Shown here: positions 36,335 to 45,990 of the stretch, in pieces | Layout of the letters: every line of letters starts with the position of its first letter | Position numbering within the stretch: the first letter of the stretch is position 1 | Source of the DNA: Rhodothermales bacterium | Lineage (GTDB): Bacteria; Bacteroidota; Rhodothermia; Rhodothermales; BA12 | Length of the DNA: 64,000 bases | NCBI GenBank assembly: GCA_963829705.1 | Contig: CAWHJN010000002.1 | Coordinates: 162,954-226,953 of the forward strand | Reading direction: 5' to 3' | The notes under the pieces: generated by a model | The model's database searches: none | Told to the model about the DNA's origin: nothing | What the model saw: the letters and a program-made list of their open reading frames with translations, nothing else | Position numbers and translations under genes: made by a program

Positions 36335-38431
36335 ATGGCCCGCTCTTTCGTTCTCAAACGCGACGACGCCCGCGCGCTCCCGCAGCTTTCCATCGACTAC
36401 GCGGGCAGCCTCAACGCGCAGCAGTACGCGGCGGCGACCGTCGGCGGCGGGCCGGTGCTCGTGGTGGCGGGCGCGGGCACGGGCAAGACGCGCACGCTCG
36501 TCTACCGCGTCGCCTACCTCGTCGAGACGGGCACGATGCCGGAGCGCATCACGCTGTTGACGTTCACGCGCCGGGCCGCCCGCGAGATGCTCGGACGCGC
36601 CGCGACGCTGCTCGACGGGCGCTGCGAGCGCGTGCAGGGCGGCACCTTCCACGCCTTCTGCGCCCAGGTCCTGCGCCGCCACGCGCCGCGCATCGGCTAC
36701 CCGGAAAACTTCACCATCCTCGACTCGTCCGACAGCGCCGACGTGATCGATGTGCTCCGCACCCAGCACGGACTCCACCAGTCGAGCCGCCGCTTTCCGC
36801 GCAAGAAAGCCCTCCAGTCGCTCTTTTCCGCCGTCCGGAATTCGGGTGGGGATCTGGAATCGGTCGTGATGGAACGCGCTCCTCAGTTTGCGCCGCACCT
36901 GGACGCGCTCGTCGAACTCTTCGGCGATTACGCCCGCTACAAAAAAGCGCGCGGGCTGATGGATTACGACGATCTCCTCCTGCTTACCATCGTGCTCTTC
37001 CACGCGCACCCGGACGTCGAGAAGGCCGTCGCGGCGATGGCGCAGCACGTGCTCGTGGACGAATACCAGGACACCAACGCCGCGCAGGCGTTGCTCGTCG
37101 AGCGGTTCGCGTCGGTGCATGGCAACGTGATGGCCGTCGGCGACGACGCGCAGAGCATCTACCGCTTCCGCGGGGCCGACGTGGGCAATATCCTGCATTT
37201 CCCCGACCGCTTTCCCGGTGCGCAGGTGCTGAAGCTCGAAGAGAACTACCGCTCGACGCAGCCCGTGCTGGACCTCGCCAACCATATCCTCGAACGGGCC
37301 GCGCACAAGTACGACAAGCACCTGTTCACCACGCGCAGCGGCGGCGAAAAACCGGCTGTCGTGGCCGCACAGGACGACCGGACAGAGGCGCGGTTCGTGG
37401 CACAGGCGATCCTGCAATTCCGGGAGGAGAACACGCCGCTCAACCGCATGGCGGTGCTGTTCAGGAGCGCGTTCAACTCGTACGAGTTGGAGGTCGAACT
37501 GAGCAGGCGCGGCATTCCGTTCGTCAAGTTCGGCGGGATGAAGCTGGCCGAGGCGGCGCACATCAAAGACGTGCTGGCGCACCTCAAAGTGGCCGAGAAT
37601 CCGCGCGACGCCCCCGCGTGGAACCGCATCCTGCAACTGCTGCCGGGCGTCGGGCCAAAGACGGCGCAGAGCCTCATCGAGTGGATCACGACGGGTGAGG
37701 GCGAGCCGTTCGTCGTCGCCGAAGGGTCGCGGTTGAGCCGCTATGCCGACAGGCTGCGCGGGCTGTTCGAGCTCCTGCGCGCCATCGCGCCCGCCCAGAC
37801 TGCGCTCCCGGCGCAGGTTGAGGCGGTGCTGGCGTATTTCGAGCCCATCTGCAAGGAGAAGTACTTCGAGGATTTTCCAAAGCGCTTGCAGGATCTGGAG
37901 CATTTCGCGGGCATCGCCGAGGGGTACCCGTCGCGCGCCGCGTTCCTCGAATCGCTTGCCCTCGACCCCATCGAACTGACGGCGCTGGGATCGGAGGCGC
38001 TCGACGAGGACGAGCCGCCGCTGATCCTCTCGACGATCCACTCGGCCAAAGGGCTGGAGTTCGACACCGTGTTCGTCATCCAGGCGCTCGACGGCGTGCT
38101 GCCGTCGGGGTATTCGCTCAACGACCCGGACGACATCGAGGAAGAGTTGCGGCTGTTGTACGTGGCCGTCACGCGGGCGGAGACCAATCTGTTCATCTCC
38201 TACCCCATCCTGCGCTACCGGCGCTACCAGGGCGAGGCGTTCACGCGCGTCAGCCGCTTTCTCGACGGCATCCCCGACGCCGTGCTAGAACCGATGCAAC
38301 TCGTCGAAGAACCTACCGCGCCGCCGACGGCCGTGCTGCCCGCGCCGAAGAAAGCGCTGTCCGCGCCGCCCTCTCCTGCCCTCGACGACGACCTCCGTGA
38401 CCGCGACGCGAAGGCGAACCTGCCGTTCTGA
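36335..38431 (+). CDS. UvrD/PcrA/Rep-family ATP-dependent DNA helicase
   Basis: Start at MARSFVLK. LNAQQYAAA..VLVVAGAGTGKTRTLVYR (motifs Q and I), VLVDEYQDTN, YRFRGAD and TIHSAKGLEFDTVF are present. Confidence 0.9.
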   Translation: MARSFVLKRDDARALPQLSIDYAGSLNAQQYAAATVGGGPVLVVAGAGTGKTRTLVYRVAYLVETGTMPERITLLTFTRRAAREMLGRAATLLDGRCERVQGGTFHAFCAQVLRRHAPRIGYPENFTILDSSDSADVIDVLRTQHGLHQSSRRFPRKKALQSLFSAVRNSGGDLESVVMERAPQFAPHLDALVELFGDYARYKKARGLMDYDDLLLLTIVLFHAHPDVEKAVAAMAQHVLVDEYQDTNAAQALLVERFASVHGNVMAVGDDAQSIYRFRGADVGNILHFPDRFPGAQVLKLEENYRSTQPVLDLANHILERAAHKYDKHLFTTRSGGEKPAVVAAQDDRTEARFVAQAILQFREENTPLNRMAVLFRSAFNSYELEVELSRRGIPFVKFGGMKLAEAAHIKDVLAHLKVAENPRDAPAWNRILQLLPGVGPKTAQSLIEWITTGEGEPFVVAEGSRLSRYADRLRGLFELLRAIAPAQTALPAQVEAVLAYFEPICKEKYFEDFPKRLQDLEHFAGIAEGYPSRAAFLESLALDPIELTALGSEALDEDEPPLILSTIHSAKGLEFDTVFVIQALDGVLPSGYSLNDPDDIEEELRLLYVAVTRAETNLFISYPILRYRRYQGEAFTRVSRFLDGIPDAVLEPMQLVEEPTAPPTAVLPAPKKALSAPPSPALDDDLRDRDAKANLPF

Positions 38432-38433
38432 CC

Positions 38434-39141
38434 ATGGACGAGTTCATCCGACGCCTCTTCCACTTCGCCCGGCAGCGCCTGTCGCCGGGTCAGCGCTACG
38501 GGCTCGGCTTTACCGCCGCGCTCGTGCTGGTCGCGCTGACCTTCTGGGGCTTTCTCGAAACCGTGGAATCATGGACGGAGGCGGAGGACTTCTACCGGAT
38601 CGACGGTCTCGCGGCATCGCTCGCGGACACCATCGCCTCACCCGGCCTGACGACGTTCTTCCGCGTCGCCACGTTTGCCGGAAGCGCGTGGGTGGCGGTG
38701 CCGCTCGTGCTCGTGGCGGCGTGGGTGGTGTGGCGATGGAGCGGCCCGCCCCCCGCCCTGTTCACGCTGACGACGTTCGGGCTGGGGCAGGCGCTGCTGT
38801 ACGTGCTAAAGCTGTTTTTCCAACGCGCCCGGCCCGAGTTGCAACTCGTCGCCGCGCACGGCTACAGCTTTCCCAGCGGCCACTCGTTCACGTCGGCGCT
38901 GCTCTACGGGGTGTTCATGGTGCTGTTGTGGCACGCCCGCGTCCGCACCCGGACGCGGGTAGCCGGCACGTGCGCGCTCGCGCTGCTCATCCTGCTGACG
39001 GGCACGAGCCGCGTGTACCTCGGCGTGCATTACGCCACCGACGTGGTAGGTGGTTTTCTGCTGGCACTCGGATGGGTGGCGGCGAGCGCCGTGCTCGCCC
39101 GCTTCCTGCTTCCGCCCACTCCGCCGAAGGAAGCCGTGTGA
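38434..39141 (+). CDS. PAP2-family phosphatase (membrane)
   Basis: 235 aa. KLFFQRARP, SFPSGHS and SRVYLGVHYATDV are the three PAP2 motifs. Confidence 0.88.
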   Translation: MDEFIRRLFHFARQRLSPGQRYGLGFTAALVLVALTFWGFLETVESWTEAEDFYRIDGLAASLADTIASPGLTTFFRVATFAGSAWVAVPLVLVAAWVVWRWSGPPPALFTLTTFGLGQALLYVLKLFFQRARPELQLVAAHGYSFPSGHSFTSALLYGVFMVLLWHARVRTRTRVAGTCALALLILLTGTSRVYLGVHYATDVVGGFLLALGWVAASAVLARFLLPPTPPKEAV

Positions 39142-39208
39142 CGGCAACCTGCTTCGTACTTTTGCCTGACGGCTGACGTTCTTCCTTTCCACCCTCCTTC
39201 TTCCTGCC

Positions 39209-39901
39209 ATGACGCGCAACGACTGGATCGGCATTGGCGTGAGCGTGGCGCTGCATGCGCTTTTGTTTCTCATCGTCGCCGCGGCGACCCCTCCCATCGA
39301 GCCACCCGACGAAACCATCGGCATGATCGCTGTCGAGTTCGGGCCGGTGGAGATGGGCCGGAAAGCGCCGCCGCAGCCCAAGCCCGTCGTGCAGCCGCGC
39401 GAGGAGCAGAAGCCCTCGCCGCGCCCGCAGCCCGAGAAGCCGCGCCAGCCGCGCAAGCAGCCCGCCACCAACCCGGTGAAGGCGCCCGAGGCCGTCACGA
39501 ACAGCCAGGAAACCATCCCCACCGCACAGCAGCAGGACGGCCCGCCCGACAATGCCGCCGAGCGCTCCAACCAGCAGACGGCGTCTTCGCCGCCTGCCGC
39601 TCCCACGGGCAGCGGCACCGAGGCCACGAGCCGGTCGCCGTTCAGCATCGAAGGCCTCAACCGGCAATCCTTGCGTACGCCTCTACCCCGTAACACCGCC
39701 AACACCGTCGCCACACTGCGCGTCGAGATCGTCGTCGCGCCCGACGGTAGCGTGACGTTCGGAAGGTGGATTCAGAAGGGCAACGCCACGCTGGAGCGCG
39801 AGGTGCTGGAGGCCGTGCGCCGGTGGCGCTTCAACGCCTTGCCGGGCCGGGCACCGCAGGTGGACCAGCGCGGCACCGTCACCTTCCGCTTCACGGTGTA
39901 G
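39209..39901 (+). CDS. TonB family energy transducer
   Basis: It has an N-terminal transmembrane helix (IGIGVSVALHALLFLIV), a Pro-rich spacer, and a C-terminal TonB_C-like region (VAPDGSV...EREVLEAVRRWRFNAL). Confidence 0.8.
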   Translation: MTRNDWIGIGVSVALHALLFLIVAAATPPIEPPDETIGMIAVEFGPVEMGRKAPPQPKPVVQPREEQKPSPRPQPEKPRQPRKQPATNPVKAPEAVTNSQETIPTAQQQDGPPDNAAERSNQQTASSPPAAPTGSGTEATSRSPFSIEGLNRQSLRTPLPRNTANTVATLRVEIVVAPDGSVTFGRWIQKGNATLEREVLEAVRRWRFNALPGRAPQVDQRGTVTFRFTV

Positions 39902-40010
39902 GAGAGATGCGCGGTGCGAACATCCAGCATCCGTCCTGCCCTTATCAGAACCAACAGCGCCCGCCTCTCGGGATGAGAAGCGGGCGCTGATTTGGTTTGA
40001 GCCGTGTGGC

Positions 40011-40724
40011 TTATCCGCGGCGGCGTTCGAAGCCGAAGCGGATGGCGTCGGCGAGCGTGTCGTAGCGCAGGCCGGGGAACGACGAGGCGAACCGGCTCTG
40101 CACGTCGGGCTCGGCCTCGCTGAAGCCGACGCCGAGAAACGACTGGCTGTCGGGCAGGTCGTGGCCGAAGCGGTACGCCGGACGGTAGAAATCGAAGTCC
40201 TTGCCGGAAGCCTGGTAGGTCTGCCGGTAGTGATTCTCGAAGTCCGTGTCGTGCTCGTCGCGGGGCAGCGTAGCGCAGTGCGCCACGTAATCGCGGCTGC
40301 TGGCCCCGCTGATGGTGCCGCCCACCGCGCCGAGCGCGCCCGCGTCGGTGCCGCTGATGGTGCTTCCAGACGAATAGACGCTTTCATCGACCGAGTCCAC
40401 GATGGGCGTCGGGATGTCGTCCACGTCGTCGTCAAACGTCTCCACGCGCGTCACCCCCTCCGCCGCATACGGCGTCCGGGTGGCCGCCGTGCTCGCACCG
40501 CGCAGATACACGGCCTGGTCCTCGATGTCGAGGTCGGCGGCGGGGTAGCGCGTGCCATCGGTCAGGATGACCTCGTCCACGCGCGAGTCGTGCGTGTTGA
40601 TGACCATGTCGGCGACCTCGCCGAGGCGGAGACCGTTGGGATCGAGCAGGTCACGCCCGCGCAGGTCTTGCTCGTCGTGGACGAGTTGCCACTCGTCGGT
40701 TTCGGACAGAAGGATGTGTGCCAT
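40011..40724 (-). CDS. PRC-barrel domain protein
   Basis: The N-terminus DLRGRDLLDPNGLRLGEVADMVINTHDSRVDEVIL is PRC-barrel-like. The C-terminal FYRPAYRFGHDL segment is seen in stress-associated PRC/YsnF-like proteins. Confidence 0.6.
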   Translation of the reverse strand: MAHILLSETDEWQLVHDEQDLRGRDLLDPNGLRLGEVADMVINTHDSRVDEVILTDGTRYPAADLDIEDQAVYLRGASTAATRTPYAAEGVTRVETFDDDVDDIPTPIVDSVDESVYSSGSTISGTDAGALGAVGGTISGASSRDYVAHCATLPRDEHDTDFENHYRQTYQASGKDFDFYRPAYRFGHDLPDSQSFLGVGFSEAEPDVQSRFASSFPGLRYDTLADAIRFGFERRRG

Positions 40725-40741
40725 GTCGGATCAGAGGTTTA

Positions 40742-41323
40742 TCAGCGCTGGGAAGGAGGACCGCCCTGCGTCACGTCCACGCGGCGCGCCCGGAGGTAGT
40801 ACTCCGACGAGGCGCCGGCCTTCATCGTGAACCGCTCGCGCAGGTTGGCAGGCAGCGTCGTGATGCGGCCCAGCACGTCGAGTTCTTCGCCGTCCTGAAT
40901 CGAATAGCGCCCGTCTGCCGAGCCCATGTTGGACTGCGATTCGCCGAGGTCTTCGAGCACGACGAGCAGGTTTTGCGAGGCGTCAGAGCTGCTGATGTAG
41001 AACGTCGAGTCGCCGGTGACATCGGAGGCCACCACGTCATCGAGACGCACGAGCGCGCCGAGGATGGTGCCCGACTGCAAGCGCTCGAACAACGCGTCGA
41101 GGTTGTCGATGTCCACGGGGCCGTCGAGCATGAGTTCACCCGTGGGCTCGACAGGGTTCACGTCTACCACGCCAACGGTATCAGCCGGGGCTACGACATC
41201 GACCTCGTCATCGCCGCAGCCAGGGCCGAAGAGGGCGAAAAGGATCACGAGAAGGAGCAGAATCAGGAGGGGCCAGAGCCACGCGGGAGCGCCGCCTTTG
41301 CGTTCGACAGGAATGTTGGCCAT
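40742..41323 (-). CDS. hypothetical membrane-anchored protein
   Basis: 193 aa with an N-terminal transmembrane helix (WLWPLLILLLLVILFALF) and an acidic extracytoplasmic domain. I recognise no family. Confidence 0.55.
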   Translation of the reverse strand: MANIPVERKGGAPAWLWPLLILLLLVILFALFGPGCGDDEVDVVAPADTVGVVDVNPVEPTGELMLDGPVDIDNLDALFERLQSGTILGALVRLDDVVASDVTGDSTFYISSSDASQNLLVVLEDLGESQSNMGSADGRYSIQDGEELDVLGRITTLPANLRERFTMKAGASSEYYLRARRVDVTQGGPPSQR

Positions 41324-41550
41324 GAGTAGAGGGGATGGATGGGGTGAGATTTCAGCGTCGTCTGTTGTTAGATGGATGCCTGCCTCGAAGGTGCCGGGCC
41401 TGATGGAACGTTTGTGTTGGGAGAATTGGAAGTTCTTGTTTCACCGCGTTTGATTCCTGCGCAGGCGCAGGTTGTGCTAATTCAGGCTCCAGCAGGCCGC
41501 GCGGCGTGGCCCCGGCGCGTAGTTTCCGTGCCCACCTCTATCCTCCGCCG

Positions 41551-43299
41551 ATGTACCGCTCGACTGCTTTCCTCCTCTTCTGTCTTTGCCTCGCGCCTGC
41601 CGTCAATGCGCAGATCTCCCTCGACAGCGCCCGCACGCTGCCCAAGAACACGCGCGTCACCGTCACGGGCTTCGTGACCGTCGCCAACGAGTTCGGCGGG
41701 CCGCTTTACTTCCAGGATGCCACGGCAGGGCTGGCCGTTTACAAGACCGACCTCCACGCCGCCGCGCAAATCGGCGATTCCATCGTGGTGACGGGGCCGC
41801 TCGGCGAGTTCGGCGCGACGAACGGTCAGCCGGGCACGGGCCTGCTTGAGGTCACCGGCACGGGCATCACCTACGAGGTGTTCAACAACGTCAATCGCCC
41901 GCAGACGCCGCGCGTGGTGACGCTGGCGGATCTCGGCGAGGCCCTCGAAGGGCAGCTCCTGCGCGTCCAGAACGTGACGATTGACCACGAGGGCGCGTTT
42001 TCGCAGAACACCTCTTACCCCATCACCGACGCCTCGGGCGCGGCCACGCTCTACATCGACAACGACACGGACCTGGTAGGCGCCTCCGCACCCGGTGGGG
42101 CCATCGACCTCGTCGGTGTGCTCGGGCAGTACCGGGGCACCTACCAGCTTCTGCCGCGCTCGACGGCGGATCTGGGCGTCGAGCCCTACGTGATCCCGGG
42201 CGAGGAAGTCTCGCGCGACGCGACGCTCGAGGTCGGCACGTGGAACATCCGCTGGTTCGGCAGCCCCAACGAGCGCCCGGACGACGACGCGCTCCAGCTT
42301 CAGAACGCCGCCCGTGTGCTGCGCGAAATGCAACTCGACGTGGTCGGCCTTCAGGAGATCTCGAACCCCACGCTGTTCCGTCAACTCGTCGATTCGCTCG
42401 ACGGCTACCGCGGCATCCTCGCGCCGATCTCGCAGACGCAGAAGACGGCCATCCTCTACCGCACCGCTACGATTGATTCGGTGAGCGCCGGGTTCTACTT
42501 CACCTCGGGCGACTGGGCCAGCGGGCGCTACCCGTACGCTTTCACCTTCGACGCCACCATCGGCGAAAAGACGCGGCGCTTCACGCTGCTCAACCTGCAC
42601 GCCAAGGCCACGCTGTCGGCAACGCGCCTGCAGGATTACAGCCGCCGCCAGGCCGACGCCGCTCAGCTCAAGGCGCAGCTCGACGCCCGCAACCCCGACG
42701 ACAACCTCATCGTCGTGGGCGATTTCAACGACGACGTGGACCGCTCGGTGGTGAACGACCAGCCGTCGCCCTACGCCAGCTTCGTCGCTGACAGCGCCCA
42801 CTACCGCTTTCTGACGGCGAGCCTTTCGGAGCGCGGCTTCCAGTCGATCAGCGGCGGGCAGATGTTCGACCACATCCTCGTCTCGGACGAGGTGCTGCGG
42901 CCGTACTTCGAGGGCACCGAGCGCGTCGAGAACCCGCTGTACATCGGCTCCTACCTGTCGACGACGAGCGACCACTACCCGGTGTGGGTGCGGTTCGACT
43001 TCGACACGAACACGCGCGCGACGGCTTCCGAGGCACCCTCCGCGCAGGCCCTCGGCACGCCGTACCCGTCGCCCACGCGGGGGCAGACGCGCATTCCGTT
43101 CCACCTCGACGCCTCGGGTCCCGCCGAAATCGCTGTGTTCGACCTGCTAGGCCGCCGCGTCGCCACCGTCCAGAACGCGGCGCTGCCTGCGGGAGGCCAC
43201 GTGGCCGACTACGACGCCTCGGCGCTAGCGCCGGGCCTTTACCTCGTTCGCTTAACAACGGCAAACGCCACCGCCAGCACCGTGCTGGTGCGGATGTAG
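41551..43299 (+). CDS. secreted endonuclease/exonuclease/phosphatase (EEP) family nuclease with a T9SS C-terminal sorting domain
   Basis: Signal peptide MYRSTAFLLFCLCLAPAVNAQ. EEP motifs VGTWNIRWFG, GLQEI, LLNLHAKA, GDFNDD and SDHYPVWV. The C-terminus ...IAVFDLLGRRVATV...PGLYLVRLTT is Por/T9SS-like. Confidence 0.85.
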   Translation: MYRSTAFLLFCLCLAPAVNAQISLDSARTLPKNTRVTVTGFVTVANEFGGPLYFQDATAGLAVYKTDLHAAAQIGDSIVVTGPLGEFGATNGQPGTGLLEVTGTGITYEVFNNVNRPQTPRVVTLADLGEALEGQLLRVQNVTIDHEGAFSQNTSYPITDASGAATLYIDNDTDLVGASAPGGAIDLVGVLGQYRGTYQLLPRSTADLGVEPYVIPGEEVSRDATLEVGTWNIRWFGSPNERPDDDALQLQNAARVLREMQLDVVGLQEISNPTLFRQLVDSLDGYRGILAPISQTQKTAILYRTATIDSVSAGFYFTSGDWASGRYPYAFTFDATIGEKTRRFTLLNLHAKATLSATRLQDYSRRQADAAQLKAQLDARNPDDNLIVVGDFNDDVDRSVVNDQPSPYASFVADSAHYRFLTASLSERGFQSISGGQMFDHILVSDEVLRPYFEGTERVENPLYIGSYLSTTSDHYPVWVRFDFDTNTRATASEAPSAQALGTPYPSPTRGQTRIPFHLDASGPAEIAVFDLLGRRVATVQNAALPAGGHVADYDASALAPGLYLVRLTTANATASTVLVRM

Positions 43300-43320
43300 C
43301 CGCTGGTTCGGAGACAAAAA

Positions 43321-43354
43321 AAGCCCCGGCCGCTCACTCGAGCAGCCGGGGCTT
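43321..43354 (-). terminator. intrinsic terminator of the EF-hand gene (may act bidirectionally)
   Basis: AAGCCCCGGC (43321-43330) pairs with GCCGGGGCUU (43345-43354). An A8 run lies upstream on the plus strand, which gives a U8 tail on the minus-strand transcript. Confidence 0.8.
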
Positions 43355-43373
43355 TGCTGTAAACGCGAGGCGC

Positions 43374-43703
43374 TTACATGCGGTTGTTTTCCATGTATGC
43401 CATGTACTCAGCACGCGAAACGCGGCCGTCACCGTCGGTGTCGTACATGCTCATCTCGACATCCGTGACGTTGGTGCGGTACTCGGTGTCATTGAGGTAG
43501 CCGTCGCGGTCGGCATCCCAGGTGTCGAACATGTTGCCTTCAGGCTCGCCGGGCTCGTCGATGATCTCGCCGTCGCCGATGACGTCTTCACGGTCTCCGG
43601 GAGGCGCGCCTTCTTCCATCGCTTCTTCGCGGGCAGAGTCTTGGCACGCCGTGAAGGTCATGGGCAGCATGAAGGCCAGTAATAGCAGAATGAGGGGACG
43701 CAT
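43374..43703 (-). CDS. EF-hand calcium-binding lipoprotein
   Basis: 109 aa with lipobox MTFTAC and two DxDxDG loops (DADRDGYLNDTE, DTDGDGRVSRAE). Confidence 0.8.
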   Translation of the reverse strand: MRPLILLLLAFMLPMTFTACQDSAREEAMEEGAPPGDREDVIGDGEIIDEPGEPEGNMFDTWDADRDGYLNDTEYRTNVTDVEMSMYDTDGDGRVSRAEYMAYMENNRM

Positions 43704-43875
43704 GGGGTAGGTGGGTTGTGAGGTGAAGTGCTAAACGTACGAGCAAAAGTACCGGTACGCGCAAGTTTTCGATCCGCAAAGTACAAGACTACTACAGACG
43801 TTCCAGCGTCGTTTCGATCCTGTGCCGTTGCGTTCTTGGACCGGAGGGCAAAAACCGGCGCGAAGACAGGACGCT

Positions 43876-45524
43876 TCAGAGTGCGAACACCCATTCGGCA
43901 CGCAGAAAGAATGTGTCCTCATCGCGGTCCCAGCGCTGATAATCGAGGTAGAACCGCAACAGCGCGAGGTCACGCACAGGCTCCCAGGAAGCTTCGAGGC
44001 GCAGCCCCCCCCCTCGAAGCGGTCGCCGCCGAGAAAAGCTTTCACCCGCTGCTCGAACGGCGGCTGGTTGCCGTTGAAGAGGTCGCCGCCCACGACGACG
44101 GGCACGCCGTTTTCGTCCACGTAGTCCTCGCCGCGGCGGTTGTAGCGCGCCGTCGCGGCCAGCATCGTGCGGCCCGGGCCCCACGTTTTCGCCCCGATGG
44201 CGAGCTGGTCGGCGTTGGGGCCGATGGGGTGGCCCAGCCCGAAGCCGTTGTGCGTGAAGGCGTTGTAGTACTGCCCATCGAGGAAAAAGCGGTGCGTGTA
44301 CACGAACGGGTCGATGCGGGTGTATTCCGTGAAGGCCATCCACCCGGCGCGCGCGTACCCCAGCCCGACCTGAAAAGCGAGCTTGTTGGCGTACGAGCGT
44401 CTGCCCAGCAGCCCAAGGTTGGCATCGTCCACGAGCACAGTGGCGTGTGCCTCGACGCCGCGCAGGGGCCGCCCGACGATGTCGAGGGCGAAGAGCGGGT
44501 TGTCCTGGTCGAGTTCGGCGTGCTCCGCAGTCTTGAACGGCAGCACGGGCACGAGGTAGGTCAGCTCGGGGCTCCGGTTGGCGTAGACGAGCATCTCGGT
44601 AAAGCCGAACGACAACGACGGGAGCGCGCGCACGTTGAGGCGGTGGAGCGCCAGGTAGCGCGGCGGCCCGCCGAGGATGCCGCCCTGCCCCGGCGCGTCG
44701 GGGTTTTCGACGTAACGGACGCCACTGCCCAACGCGCCGTGCAGAAACGTGTACGAGACGCGCCCTGTAGCCACGCCCGCCTGCACAAACGGGAAATAAT
44801 CGGCGTCGGGGGCCAGCAGCAGCCCATCGCCGAAGCCCGCGCCCACGCGCACGCGCTGCTGCGCGATCTCGGCGTGAAACGCCCCCATCACCGCCCGCAC
44901 CGACGCCGACGACTGATCGAACTGTCCATCGTCGGGCTGGACGACGGGGTAGTAAAGCGCGCGGAGGGCGGGATCGCGCTGGAGCACACGCGGCTGCCCG
45001 GTGATCTGTACGCCGTTGAAGGTGCGCGAGTAGAACCCTACGCGGTCACGGTAGTGACCCTGCAGGATGGCCTGCCCAGCGATATCGAACCCGCCGAGCG
45101 CGAGGCTGTCGCGGGCGCTGCGGTAGGCCAGCGTGCCCGTGCCCTCGACGGCGAAGCGCCAGTCCTCGCCGCGATGCAGGTAGAGGTACTTCTCGGTATC
45201 CCGACGGTGCGGCAGGCGGACACGCCCGTCGCCAAAAACGGCTTCTGTTGCATCTTCCGGCTCGAAGAACTCGCGGCGGTAGGTTCGCAGCCACGCCTTT
45301 TCGCGGGTCGCCATCGAACTGCTGCGCGTCTCCAGCGAGTCGAGCAGGCGGTGGACGGTGCGCCGGTCGGTGGGGCGGTACTCGTGGGTGTATTCGGGCA
45401 GGTGTCCTTCTACGCGCTGCGCGTGCAGAAACGAGTAGACCGGATGCTCGGCAGGGACGATCTCCGGCTGCGCCTGCGCCGCGCCCGCCGCGAGCAGCAA
45501 CGCCACCAGCAGGCCGAGCCTCAC
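43876..45524 (-). pseudogene. Wzi-like (capsule assembly family) outer-membrane beta-barrel protein, frameshifted at a G9 tract near the 3' end
   Basis: The GTG start at 45524 gives a signal peptide (RLGLLVALLLAAGAAQA). The body is in the frame of ORF 43731-45830. After the C9 run at 44005-44013, the plausible C-terminus (LRLEASWEPVRDLALLRFYLDYQRWDRDEDTFFLRAEWVFAL*) is in the frame of ORF 43876-44343. The uncorrected frame reads a Cys-rich tail running into low-GC spacer. The family call is tentative. Confidence 0.6.
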
Positions 45525-45910
45525 GCCTCCCCCGACGATGCGCCGCCCGACGAGGATCCACCGGACGATCCCTTGCCGGACGCCGAAGTGGCCGACGAAG
45601 CATCGCCCGCTTTCGTGGTCTTGGTTTCGCTCTTGGCATCGGCTTTCGGAGCCGCCTCGGCGGGTTTGGCGTCTGCCTTTTCCCCTCCTCCCACTTTCTT
45701 GGCAGACGGCTTCGCTCCTTCCTCCTTGCCGTACGACGTGTAGTCGGTCAGGTAGAAGCCCTCGCCTTTGAACACCAAGCCCGCCTTGCCACTGATGACG
45801 CGGCGCACGGGCTGGCCCGTCGTGGGGCACGTGGTGAGCGCGTCCTCGGTGATGCGCTGCTGGATCTCGAACGTCGTGCCGTCTTCGCGGCGGTACTCAT
45901 AGGTTGGCAT
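45521..45910 (-). CDS. FmdB-family zinc-ribbon-like protein (Cys ligands mostly lost) with a low-complexity tail
   Basis: MPTYEYRREDGTTFEIQQ...CPTTGQPVRRVISGKAGLVFKGEGFYLTDY follows the FmdB/CxxC-x-CxxC family pattern, but only one Cys is retained. Its stop overlaps the OMP GTG start (GTGA). Confidence 0.65.
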   Translation of the reverse strand: MPTYEYRREDGTTFEIQQRITEDALTTCPTTGQPVRRVISGKAGLVFKGEGFYLTDYTSYGKEEGAKPSAKKVGGGEKADAKPAEAAPKADAKSETKTTKAGDASSATSASGKGSSGGSSSGGASSGEA

Positions 45911-45990
45911 GGGTGTCTGTCATTGGTCTTTCGGCGCTCGCCAGTTGCAGAACGCAGCACACTGCATCCCTACATGTTCTTCGCGCTTCG

